Made by a program: the position numbers and the translations under genes. Of a stretch of 64,000 nt of DNA, positions 56,137 to 64,000 are shown piece by piece; positions within the stretch are counted from its first letter, which is position 1, and every line of letters starts with the position of its first letter. The notes under the pieces were generated by a model. That model had not been told where the DNA came from and did no database searches. It saw nothing but the letters and a program-made list of their open reading frames with translations. Location: positions 124,001 through 188,000 of IMG/VR virus record IMGVR_UViG_3300038463_000730; one strand, 5' to 3'.

Positions 56137-57153
56137 TTAGACTCCTGGTAGAACAGACTTGCGTCCTGCCGAGACTCCGCGTGGGTTCACGATACCGAGA
56201 CCGATGATCTCGCTCACAACCCATCCTAGCTTCAACTGCTTTGGCTCGTCCGCTGGGAGAACCTCGATGTCCTGACGAACTGGCATAACGCCTACGAACT
56301 CTGGATCCGCTGCCGCGTAAACCGTTCCTGGTGGAACGATCTTGCTGACCATGATGTCAGCTCCCCACAAGTGAGCGTAGAGACCCGTCTGGAGAATCTC
56401 GCGCTGTGTGACTGGATCAACCTCGCCACCGCCTACGCCCTGTCCACCGCCGCTACCCCACTTGAGGATATCTGTGAACTCGTTAATGTTCATGAAGTAC
56501 TTCGTTGTGACCAAGTCCCAACGATCGATCTGCGCCTTCAACTCAAGCAAGTCGCGCTTCAACATACCGGCATCGGTAATGTCCTGTAGCGTGTTCTCAC
56601 CCTGGCTCGCGTTATCGAGTGCCGCGAAGATGTTGGCGTCTTCCTGAGCCATAATCTCCTGACGTGCCTTCTGAACAGCACGGTCGATAACATTGAAACG
56701 ACGACGCTTCACTTCAGCAATACGAACCGTTGGGTTCGCGAAAAGCTCGAACTCTGGAACAACGACGCGGTCTCCGAAGATACGCGACTCTGGTCCTGAA
56801 CCGTTTGAGCTGATTACAACGGCCGCGACATCAATATCGCGATCGTATGTTGGCATTGCTCCCTGTGGAAGTGGGTCAACCACTAGCGCACGACGGGCAA
56901 TTCCATGGTAGTCCAAGTTACGACGAATTGGGTTCGCCATGGCCTGCGCCAAAGCTACTTTTCCGTCCTGGGTTAGGATTGCGCGTGAGATCAAGTCGTC
57001 ACGGCGGTCTTCTGACATCCCAACCTGGCCTGCAAGGCCGATATTTGATGGCTGGTTCTCTTCGAGAATCGCAGCGTACTTCGAGATAACCATCATCGCG
57101 TCTTTCAAAGACGATGCGTTAATCTCTCCCTGTGGTGAAAATAAACTATTCAT
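56137..57153 (-). CDS. Major capsid protein (HK97 fold), 338 aa
   Basis: LAQAMANPIRRNLDYHGIARRALVVDPLPQG, VPEFELFANPTVRIAEVKRRRFNVIDRAVQKARQEIMAQED, G.LWGADIMVSKIVPPGTVY, GWVVSEIIGLGIVNPRGV. Confidence 0.93.
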   Translation of the reverse strand: MNSLFSPQGEINASSLKDAMMVISKYAAILEENQPSNIGLAGQVGMSEDRRDDLISRAILTQDGKVALAQAMANPIRRNLDYHGIARRALVVDPLPQGAMPTYDRDIDVAAVVISSNGSGPESRIFGDRVVVPEFELFANPTVRIAEVKRRRFNVIDRAVQKARQEIMAQEDANIFAALDNASQGENTLQDITDAGMLKRDLLELKAQIDRWDLVTTKYFMNINEFTDILKWGSGGGQGVGGGEVDPVTQREILQTGLYAHLWGADIMVSKIVPPGTVYAAADPEFVGVMPVRQDIEVLPADEPKQLKLGWVVSEIIGLGIVNPRGVSAGRKSVLPGV

Positions 57154-57201
57154 TTGTTTGTTCCTATATGAGAAATACTTGCCAGTTGCCTAGCTTTGGC
57201 G

Positions 57202-57244
57202 AATAAAACAAACAGTTGGGAAAGTCGCCGCTTTCCCAACTGTT
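57202..57244 (-). terminator. Perfect 14-bp hairpin with U-rich tail between decoration and capsid genes
   Basis: AACAGTTGGGAAAG-CGGCGA-CTTTCCCAACTGTT followed by TGTTTTATT on the minus strand. Confidence 0.6.
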
Positions 57245-57257
57245 ATTAGAACGAAAC

Positions 57258-57974
57258 TTAGAAGCTACCCTTCCAGGTAAACACGGCCATATACATCTGG
57301 GCCTGTGCTGCTCCACCGAGTGGTCCCGATGGTGACGCGAATCCAGACACCAACGTGTTAGGAGTCGTGACTAGTGAGCCAGTTGTCTCGAACGTTAGGA
57401 AGCGACCGATGATCGCTGCGCCGTTCGCTGTACCAGCCGATACGTTTGGTGTGAGCAAGCCCGCTGGGGTTGCATACAACGGTGCGCCCGTTGTGATTGT
57501 GCTGTTCGTTGGGACGAGGCCAGTTGTGCTGGTCGTATCAACGTTGTCGAGCGTGACACCGTAGACACCTGGGTTGCCCCATAGTGTTACTTTGCCAGAA
57601 CCGAGCGCCGTGCTTGGTCCGAGGATAGCGCCTGTATAGCTACCTGGAACGTTGAACTGCTGACCGACTGTTCCACCAACGACTGCTCCGAAGAGTGTTC
57701 CGTAGTGAAGGATACCGTCGTCCGTTAGGAAGAAGGGACCGCTGTTGGCCGCTGTTGGCAACGTGATCGTAATAGCTGGACGAACCTTTGTGGTCGTACC
57801 GGCATATCCGTCTTCCTGTACGTCTGCCGCACTGAGGTCTGTTCCGCCGTAAGCAACTGGGGTAACGCCCGTAAAGGTCGCAACCTCTCCACCCTTGATA
57901 GACGACAGCTGTGAATCAAGCATGTCGAACTGTCCGAATGGACTACCATTGTTATTTTGAAGTACTAAAGCCAT
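57258..57974 (-). CDS. Head decoration / cement protein
   Basis: Immediately upstream of the capsid gene; STALGSGKVTLW..PGVY...GAPLYATPAGLLT beta-tulip-like pattern. Confidence 0.7.
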   Translation of the reverse strand: MALVLQNNNGSPFGQFDMLDSQLSSIKGGEVATFTGVTPVAYGGTDLSAADVQEDGYAGTTTKVRPAITITLPTAANSGPFFLTDDGILHYGTLFGAVVGGTVGQQFNVPGSYTGAILGPSTALGSGKVTLWGNPGVYGVTLDNVDTTSTTGLVPTNSTITTGAPLYATPAGLLTPNVSAGTANGAAIIGRFLTFETTGSLVTTPNTLVSGFASPSGPLGGAAQAQMYMAVFTWKGSF

Positions 57975-58089
57975 TGTGAAATCCTGTTATGTGCTGAACT
58001 TGTCAGCGGTCTTACGTCGGGTCTTACTTTGAAATCTGTAACGAAATATGATGATATTCCCAGATCACTGAGAAAAAAGTGATCCGATG

Positions 58090-59292
58090 TTAATTTTTGT
58101 TTGGGTGAGGTTTATATCCTTCACCCTTCATCCAATATGCAAGAGCAAATGGGTTATCAAGTTCCTTGTGTTTCTTCATCTTCTCAACCGTCTTGCCCCA
58201 GCCTTTCGGACTGACATCATTTTGGTCAGAAGCAGACGATACATTTGCAGTACGCCCAGCACTAACTTGTTGCAAAATCTTCTCGTATTTATTGACTATT
58301 ACTTTCAATCCATTAAGAATGGTTCTTTCTTTTGAACCGACTTCATATAGAGCTTGTAGTGCGTCGAACTGATCTAATATGTCACTTACATCCTGAGCCT
58401 GAGGAGCATAAACCATATCAGATGCTTTTGTTACAGCCCACCATAGTTCATGCTCTTTGGTACCAGAACTAGTTGATTGAGCAAAAGTTGATTCTTTTAA
58501 TTTTTTAAGCGTTTCGTAAACATTGTTTTCGCGACACCAAGCTGTCCATGCATCCACAGCTGCTAACATCTCATCATCACTTAATGGATTCGAATCACCA
58601 ACGGCCGATACGAACGAACTCTCTTCCGGCGCCGGAACGGTCATTCCCTCAAGAGGGTCTCCAGCTGGATCCCAATCATCATCTTCTGGAGTAAGCTCTG
58701 ATATAAGCTCACGACCCTCATAAGATGGTTCTTTTGATAGTTCGGTCAGCTCTTCGTCTTCGAAATTGGCCAATCTCTGCATACACGAATCCGCAAGAGC
58801 CCGAAGCTCCTCTTCATTCGTATTGTCAAGATGATTACCGACACGAACAAGCTCCATCATCAATGCACGCTGAGCAAGCTTACGATAGTTAGCGTTACCG
58901 GTCGGGTTACGACTTAGTATGTTGATAATGATCTTCTGACGCTCGATGTTGTTCTCTACCAAGCCGTTGATGCGGTCATACGCCGGAGCAATGACGACTG
59001 ACTCAGGGTGAGCCTGTTCCATCATGTTTTTCAGGCCATTTTCGATGTCTTTGTTCGGCTTAACACCATAGAATGCTTCCGGAGCACTGATGTCACCAGT
59101 GTCCCAACGCATCCATGAATCGGCACCGTTGTTCGGGTTGTCGATCACTCCTGGAGTCTTGCTGGTTGCCCCGCCCATGTTTCTCTGAGCAGTCTTAGTC
59201 TGCAACCTGACCTGAGACTCCGGAGCAACGAGGCCCATCTTCTCAGCTACCTTCGCATACTCTTCAAATACTTCGCTTCTACGTTCGCGCAT
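58090..59292 (-). CDS. Putative internal head protein, 400 aa
   Basis: Helical and acidic; AHP...PTG module shared with 61858..63510; basic C-terminal GWGKTVEKMKKHKELDNPFALAYWMK. Confidence 0.6.
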   Translation of the reverse strand: MRERRSEVFEEYAKVAEKMGLVAPESQVRLQTKTAQRNMGGATSKTPGVIDNPNNGADSWMRWDTGDISAPEAFYGVKPNKDIENGLKNMMEQAHPESVVIAPAYDRINGLVENNIERQKIIINILSRNPTGNANYRKLAQRALMMELVRVGNHLDNTNEEELRALADSCMQRLANFEDEELTELSKEPSYEGRELISELTPEDDDWDPAGDPLEGMTVPAPEESSFVSAVGDSNPLSDDEMLAAVDAWTAWCRENNVYETLKKLKESTFAQSTSSGTKEHELWWAVTKASDMVYAPQAQDVSDILDQFDALQALYEVGSKERTILNGLKVIVNKYEKILQQVSAGRTANVSSASDQNDVSPKGWGKTVEKMKKHKELDNPFALAYWMKGEGYKPHPNKN

Positions 59293-59293
59293 G

Positions 59294-60415
59294 TTATTCC
59301 TTCTTTAATGCTGGTTGTTGCGTAGACTGCTGTTCTGGCTCCGGCATCTTACTAGCAACATCTCCAACAAATAAATCAACCAACTCTTTTCTGCTGTTAG
59401 CAGAGTATTGGCCGAATTGATGTGGCATCCATGTGATGGATGGATAGTGATTCTCTGAGTTCTCGCTCTTGATTACGTTAACAATGGTTTTCAACATCGG
59501 TGACGAAGCTAACTGACCACGCTGCGGTCCAAGCTGCGGATAGATCTGAAGCGCCCAATTAACCAACGTGTCACCAATCGTGTTGAGTGGAACATCTTCC
59601 TCCCATATTGCACGCGGGTCCTGGTTTTCCGTGCCGAACCCGGATGGCTTGAGCCAAGCCGGTACTGCTGGTGGTGTCGGAATGGCTGATTGCTGAGCCG
59701 GTTCCCCCGCAGCAGGTTTGGTATCTCCGCTAAACGTCTTCTGGACCAGCTTGCGCTTCACGAACATCGAACATGCGCCCAAAATAGTCTGAAACAACCA
59801 TTTAAAGAAGCGACCAATCCAACCTTTGGCAAGATTCTTACCCATGAGTTTTTCGATAATGCTTTTACCCGGTCCTTCAGCAAGCCATTTGATACCACTT
59901 TGAATTGGCGCTGTTAATGCCGCTTGTTTGATTATCGTTGCCGCGACACCGACACGTTCCCAGGCTTCACGGATCTGATGATCATCTGCGTTTGAACCAC
60001 CAAGATGTTGATCAACAGCTGTCTTGACAGTATTGCTATCAATCGTCCCGCCAGCTCGCAATTTCTCAACAAGTGAGTCCTTGATACTTTTGAAAATTGC
60101 AAACGGCTTTACATTGAAGCCTATTTCGGCGATCAAATCAACCAATGTGATAAACCAACCTCCATAGACACCGATCACGCCTTCAAACGCCAACTCAGCA
60201 AATGCCGCAACCCAATCATCTTTGGCTTTCGCTATTTCATCTGTTACGAACTGCGAGATCGCTCCAGCAACGGTTCCAAGAAATGACGATACCATCTCTG
60301 ACAGATCAGCAGTCTTATGCAGAGGTAAACGGATACGTCCTGCCAACGAATCAGGCATCAAGTACCGATCCATCATCATCGTATCTTCTAGGTATTGTTT
60401 ATCTATGATTGCCAT
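59294..60415 (-). CDS. Putative internal head / ejection protein with hydrophobic helices
   Basis: AAFAELAFEGVIGVYGGWFITLV and GWIGRFFKWLFQTILG segments; KTA and KQA motifs. Confidence 0.55.
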   Translation of the reverse strand: MAIIDKQYLEDTMMMDRYLMPDSLAGRIRLPLHKTADLSEMVSSFLGTVAGAISQFVTDEIAKAKDDWVAAFAELAFEGVIGVYGGWFITLVDLIAEIGFNVKPFAIFKSIKDSLVEKLRAGGTIDSNTVKTAVDQHLGGSNADDHQIREAWERVGVAATIIKQAALTAPIQSGIKWLAEGPGKSIIEKLMGKNLAKGWIGRFFKWLFQTILGACSMFVKRKLVQKTFSGDTKPAAGEPAQQSAIPTPPAVPAWLKPSGFGTENQDPRAIWEEDVPLNTIGDTLVNWALQIYPQLGPQRGQLASSPMLKTIVNVIKSENSENHYPSITWMPHQFGQYSANSRKELVDLFVGDVASKMPEPEQQSTQQPALKKE

Positions 60416-60427
60416 TGATTACCAGCG

Positions 60428-61858
60428 TTAGTATAGTAACTGTGCTATCTTGTTAAATCGCCCAGTCCAAGTGTTTGCAATTTGCTGCTGTTGCGAAATC
60501 ATCGTATTGGTAAGTCCCAATGCTTGCAATATTTGGATTACCAAACTTAATACTTCGTTAATCATGATTGCGCAGTTACGCCCATCAACATCTTGCATGC
60601 CTGACTTCATAACTCGCTCTTTGAAAACGGTTGCAGGGTTGGAACCACCCATGCCACCGGCATCATCTGCATTGATCGTAGTCTTCTTGACCCATGTGTT
60701 ACGAATCTGGTCTAGTTTGTCGCGAGCTTCACCGACCGTCTGGCTTAGTTCGTTAAGTCTGCGTTGAATTACCGGATTGGACTCACCCGGCTTCGTTGCG
60801 GCTTTCGTATTGTAAATAGCAGCTAGATTCTGCACCATTTGATCGTTGTATTTGACCAACCATCCGCCTTCTCCTCCAACGAGGTTGAAGAACTGTTCGA
60901 TTCGGTCCAAATACAACGGATCCCCAAGCGGGGCTCCGCCGATAGCCGAGATAACAGCTTCGGTCATCTTAGTAGATGCGTCGCCTTGACCCTGGTTCTG
61001 GCCCTGGTTACCGCCCTGCTGAGCCGGTTCACCTGATCCGGGCTGTGCCGGTTGGGCTGGTTGTCCTTGCCCCTGACCCGTTCCACCCGCAGCCGTTCCA
61101 GCAGCTTGGTTCGCATTCGGATCCGCATTGAAACGGTTGATCATATCCATGATCTCGCGAATATACTTTTCCATCACTGGAGCAAGTTTCGGAAGGTCCG
61201 CCTTTTTCCAATCCTTTGGAATCTGAACGGCGAAACTGTTTAGTTCTTGATAATTGAACTTACCAGTGTCGATCTTGTATTGGTCAGCCAATCTAAGTAT
61301 CGCCGAGCCAATCTGCGAAGCATAACCTAGTGAGCGATTGGTTTTATCTTCCCACATACCATCGGCTTTCGTCTCATCACCGCGACCTGCGTTTCTGCCG
61401 AGATGGCGCATCTGTTCGATGTATTTCTTACCTTCATCCGACATCAACACGCCAAGAGCATGTGTCTTCTGAACAGCTTGGTTTTCAAGCAGATCTACCA
61501 GTTCGATAATAGCATTTTGCATGCTTACTACCGATGGATTCTTCATTACATTAGTCGCTTCTTGTGGCGAACGATGTTCTGCTCCGGGCGAATTTGGAGC
61601 ATACTCCGGGTCACCGGTTGCAGCATACATATCCGCTCGTTCTTTATCTGCTGGTGTTTGTTGAGCCGGTTGAGCCGGTTGCCCAGTTGGTTTTTGTTCA
61701 AGACCAATCAGATCACTATTGTCCATATTGATCAAATCGCTGTTATCTGTATCAGGCTGTTTGACAACGTCCTGATTTGGCATAAGCTTCTTAGCTGGCG
61801 CAGCCTTCTGTGCTATTGTAACCAGCTCTCGAACTAGTTTATCGCTAAAAACAGACAT
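60428..61858 (-). CDS. Putative internal head protein with degenerate peptidoglycan-binding-like motif
   Basis: SVVSMQNAI...ADGMWEDKTNRSL; Gln/Pro/Gly-rich linkers. Confidence 0.55.
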   Translation of the reverse strand: MSVFSDKLVRELVTIAQKAAPAKKLMPNQDVVKQPDTDNSDLINMDNSDLIGLEQKPTGQPAQPAQQTPADKERADMYAATGDPEYAPNSPGAEHRSPQEATNVMKNPSVVSMQNAIIELVDLLENQAVQKTHALGVLMSDEGKKYIEQMRHLGRNAGRGDETKADGMWEDKTNRSLGYASQIGSAILRLADQYKIDTGKFNYQELNSFAVQIPKDWKKADLPKLAPVMEKYIREIMDMINRFNADPNANQAAGTAAGGTGQGQGQPAQPAQPGSGEPAQQGGNQGQNQGQGDASTKMTEAVISAIGGAPLGDPLYLDRIEQFFNLVGGEGGWLVKYNDQMVQNLAAIYNTKAATKPGESNPVIQRRLNELSQTVGEARDKLDQIRNTWVKKTTINADDAGGMGGSNPATVFKERVMKSGMQDVDGRNCAIMINEVLSLVIQILQALGLTNTMISQQQQIANTWTGRFNKIAQLLY

Positions 61859-63510
61859 TACTTAATCCCGCGCTTTGCTAAAAGCGCCAATATCTTTGTT
61901 TTATTGTCCTCCGGATCACCATTCATCGTGGTAACCTGCCCGGCTTTGATTTTTGCCACAAATGCCTTGGTTTGCTCAAACCACGCAGTAAGTGCTGAGT
62001 CATTCTTTGCTGCAATAGCTGGCGCTTTTGGAAGTATTTCCTTCGTAAACCAATCAGCGAAACCAACTAGTGGACTAGTAGTATTCGATTGTGCTCCAGC
62101 TTCACCGGTCGGACCCGGCCCGACTTTTTCTTTAATTTCACCTAGATACTTAAGAGCCGTATCCTGGTTCTTGCTAAGAACGTTCATTAGATTCTGGGTA
62201 GCTTTCTCTACATCGCCCCAAGCGCCCCATCCACGAAAAACGTTCCCATACTGTTGCGAAATATGTTCCCCAACAATCATATAAATCGAGTTAGCTAGTT
62301 TCCAACCTTCACGACACTTATCAGCTGCATCAACTAGCTGCTGAGCAGTAGAATTGGGTGAAAGATTACATGCCGCCGCGATCCCTGGCAGTTGAGCCTT
62401 CAATTGCTCAACATAAAACCACTGACTACGATCTTCTTTGTTTGGATTGTTGCCTAACTCAGGAGCCTGACCTCTTGTGTCCTTCTGGAATTCCTCTTTT
62501 AGATCTTCCGCTTCAGCTACAACGGCATTACCGGCCGCTTGGATCTTCTCTTGCGAATACCACATGTTCATTAGTAATTGGGTTGACCCTCCACCGAGAA
62601 TGCCACCGATCGCGGCCCCCAATGCCCATGTCCCAAGACCAATGGCAGCAATCGTTGATCCAATTCCTCCCCCTCCGGCCGCAGCTCCACCTCCGGCAGC
62701 GGCAGCACCGGCCCCAGCACCGGCAGCAGCCGGAGTAGTAGCGGCAGCCACACCACTATTCGCAATGAACCAGTCCGCTACTTGCGGAGCACCCCTTTGC
62801 GCGAGCATTTTTAGTACTTGCTCTTCGGCTTCTTTCTGAGCAATGCCTTTGGCCGTGCGACTAGCAATCATTCTCTCGATTTCTTGCATGATCGCACCAG
62901 GATTCTTATCCGGCACGGTCTTCGTGAGTTGGTAAATGGCCTTTACCAGCTGACCCATGATTTTGTCAGCTGCGGGGCCGAAAAAAGGGATAGCAGTTTT
63001 CTGCATTTCCTCCTTCTCTGCCAAGATCGTCTTCAATGCAGCCAATACCATTGTCTTCGACGCTAGTTTGCCGGTCGGTTCTTTCTCTACGACGTCTTTG
63101 ATCATTTTGTGTTGATCAAGTTTGTCTTCAACGACGCCAAGCTTGTCATGAGCCTCAGCCATTTCGACCGAACCAGCAGGGTGAGCGAATTCAAGCAGAG
63201 CTTCTCCGGTCTCCCCGTCCGTACCGTACATACGTACATAGTTCTGAGCCCTGACGTTCATGCGGAACTTCTCTTCCACACGCTCTGCCTCGGCAACGAG
63301 CCCCTTTACACGTAAGCCGAAACACAAACGAAGGATATCCTGGTTTAGGTTATCCGATGGAGCCAAACTAACATGACGTGGTGCCCTGGATAGGTTCCGC
63401 GCGGCTCGTTCTAGTCCGGATTCCTCTTTGATTAAATTCTTTTCTTTGGCGAGTTTGGTAAATTGCTGCATTACCTCACTCTGGCTTTCTGAAATGTGCT
63501 TATAAGTCAT
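61858..63510 (-). CDS. Putative internal head / ejection protein with glycine-zipper segment
   Basis: ATG at 63510 with GGAG ribosome-binding site (ORF track start 63534); GIGSTIAAIGLGTWALGAAIGGILGGG. Confidence 0.6.
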   Translation of the reverse strand: MTYKHISESQSEVMQQFTKLAKEKNLIKEESGLERAARNLSRAPRHVSLAPSDNLNQDILRLCFGLRVKGLVAEAERVEEKFRMNVRAQNYVRMYGTDGETGEALLEFAHPAGSVEMAEAHDKLGVVEDKLDQHKMIKDVVEKEPTGKLASKTMVLAALKTILAEKEEMQKTAIPFFGPAADKIMGQLVKAIYQLTKTVPDKNPGAIMQEIERMIASRTAKGIAQKEAEEQVLKMLAQRGAPQVADWFIANSGVAAATTPAAAGAGAGAAAAGGGAAAGGGGIGSTIAAIGLGTWALGAAIGGILGGGSTQLLMNMWYSQEKIQAAGNAVVAEAEDLKEEFQKDTRGQAPELGNNPNKEDRSQWFYVEQLKAQLPGIAAACNLSPNSTAQQLVDAADKCREGWKLANSIYMIVGEHISQQYGNVFRGWGAWGDVEKATQNLMNVLSKNQDTALKYLGEIKEKVGPGPTGEAGAQSNTTSPLVGFADWFTKEILPKAPAIAAKNDSALTAWFEQTKAFVAKIKAGQVTTMNGDPEDNKTKILALLAKRGIK

Positions 63511-63593
63511 AAGACGGGCTCCGTTCGGGGACAAAATCGATATTGATAGATCCGGGTCTTCCTATATACGTCAAATATAGCAGTTATGATAAG

Positions 63594-63956
63594 TTACTTG
63601 GCATTTTCACGCCGTATGCGAAGAATCACCTTCTCAGTTACTCCAAAATCTTTACCTACCTTACCGGCACCTCTTGGATCTGTCATGATTTGTTTAATCT
63701 GTTCATCGGTGAATACATGTTTGTTCGACGGTGCCTGTCCGATCGTGCGATGTGGAGGTAATGTTTCGAGCGTTCCGTTGCGCTTTAGACGCTGTCCATG
63801 CTTCATGCAATATAGTTCACCTTGGTATCTTAGATAATCCCGACCTCCACCAACCACATCACAATCAGGCGCATGGCACTTTCGCTTGCCTTCTGCAATT
63901 TCTTTCTCATGACGTTGTTTGGTTGTCTCTGCGATTGACTGAATACGTTTTCCCAC
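63594..63956 (-). CDS. Small DNA-binding protein (HNH-associated zinc finger plus HTH-like C-terminus)
   Basis: CHAPDC...LYCMKHGQRLKRNG and FTDEQIKQI...VGKDFGVTEKVILRIR; no HNH catalytic motif visible. Confidence 0.55.
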   Translation of the reverse strand: MGKRIQSIAETTKQRHEKEIAEGKRKCHAPDCDVVGGGRDYLRYQGELYCMKHGQRLKRNGTLETLPPHRTIGQAPSNKHVFTDEQIKQIMTDPRGAGKVGKDFGVTEKVILRIRRENAK

Positions 63957-64000
63957 AGTTTCTTCTGATTGAATACGACCGGTAAATACTTCTGAGAACT

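Noticed and set aside
2717-57812. DGY as a DNA-level repeat (e.g. GTAACCRTC binding site) or as a GFP-like GYG chromophore
   Set aside because: All synonymous codons are used and the motif is counted in the coding frame; only 9 of 27 are DGYG and none lies in a recognisable GFP-like barrel.
56-63985. Numerous 60-230 aa plus-strand and alternate-frame ORFs overlapping long minus-strand genes (e.g. 8944..9483, 17780..18475, 37413..38105, 46257..46859, 53871..54389)
   Set aside because: Antisense or frame shadows of coherent structural genes, with no ribosome-binding sites or recognisable motifs.
1-64000. Alternative genetic code (stop-codon reassignment) as in some large phages
   Set aside because: Genes are full length and tightly packed under the standard code, and TAA, TAG and TGA all serve as stops.
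1-64000. tRNA, rRNA, integrase, terminase, portal or prohead protease genes
   Set aside because: None recognised; intergenic gaps are short and no cloverleaf or diagnostic motifs were seen by eye.

Overview
The window is the virion morphogenesis region of a large (probably jumbo) contractile-tailed dsDNA phage, almost all on the minus strand and translated with the standard bacterial code. In transcription order (right to left) it holds: four helical candidate internal-head/ejection proteins, a head decoration protein, the HK97-type major capsid protein, small virion and fibre proteins, an accessory islet (permuted papain-like enzyme, two HNH nucleases, cold-shock protein, three plus-strand genes), neck proteins, beta-helix and Gly-rich fibre proteins, tail terminator, sheath, tube, a G/GT chaperone pair with a -1 frameshift, tape measure, tube initiator, hub, spike, gp25-like and baseplate wedge proteins. 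Portal, terminase and prohead protease were not seen. A plus-strand Gly/Ser- and Cys-rich lipoprotein with its own sigma70-like promoter suggests a myxobacterial host. The most striking unexplained signal is the tripeptide Asp-Gly-Tyr (DGY, often DGYG). By manual count it occurs 27 times in 14 mostly unrelated, predicted surface-exposed virion proteins, is encoded by varied codons, and is absent from capsid, tape measure, hub, spike, internal and non-structural proteins. It is a candidate virion-wide modification or binding tag. All functional calls come from motif recognition and gene order; no database search was run.
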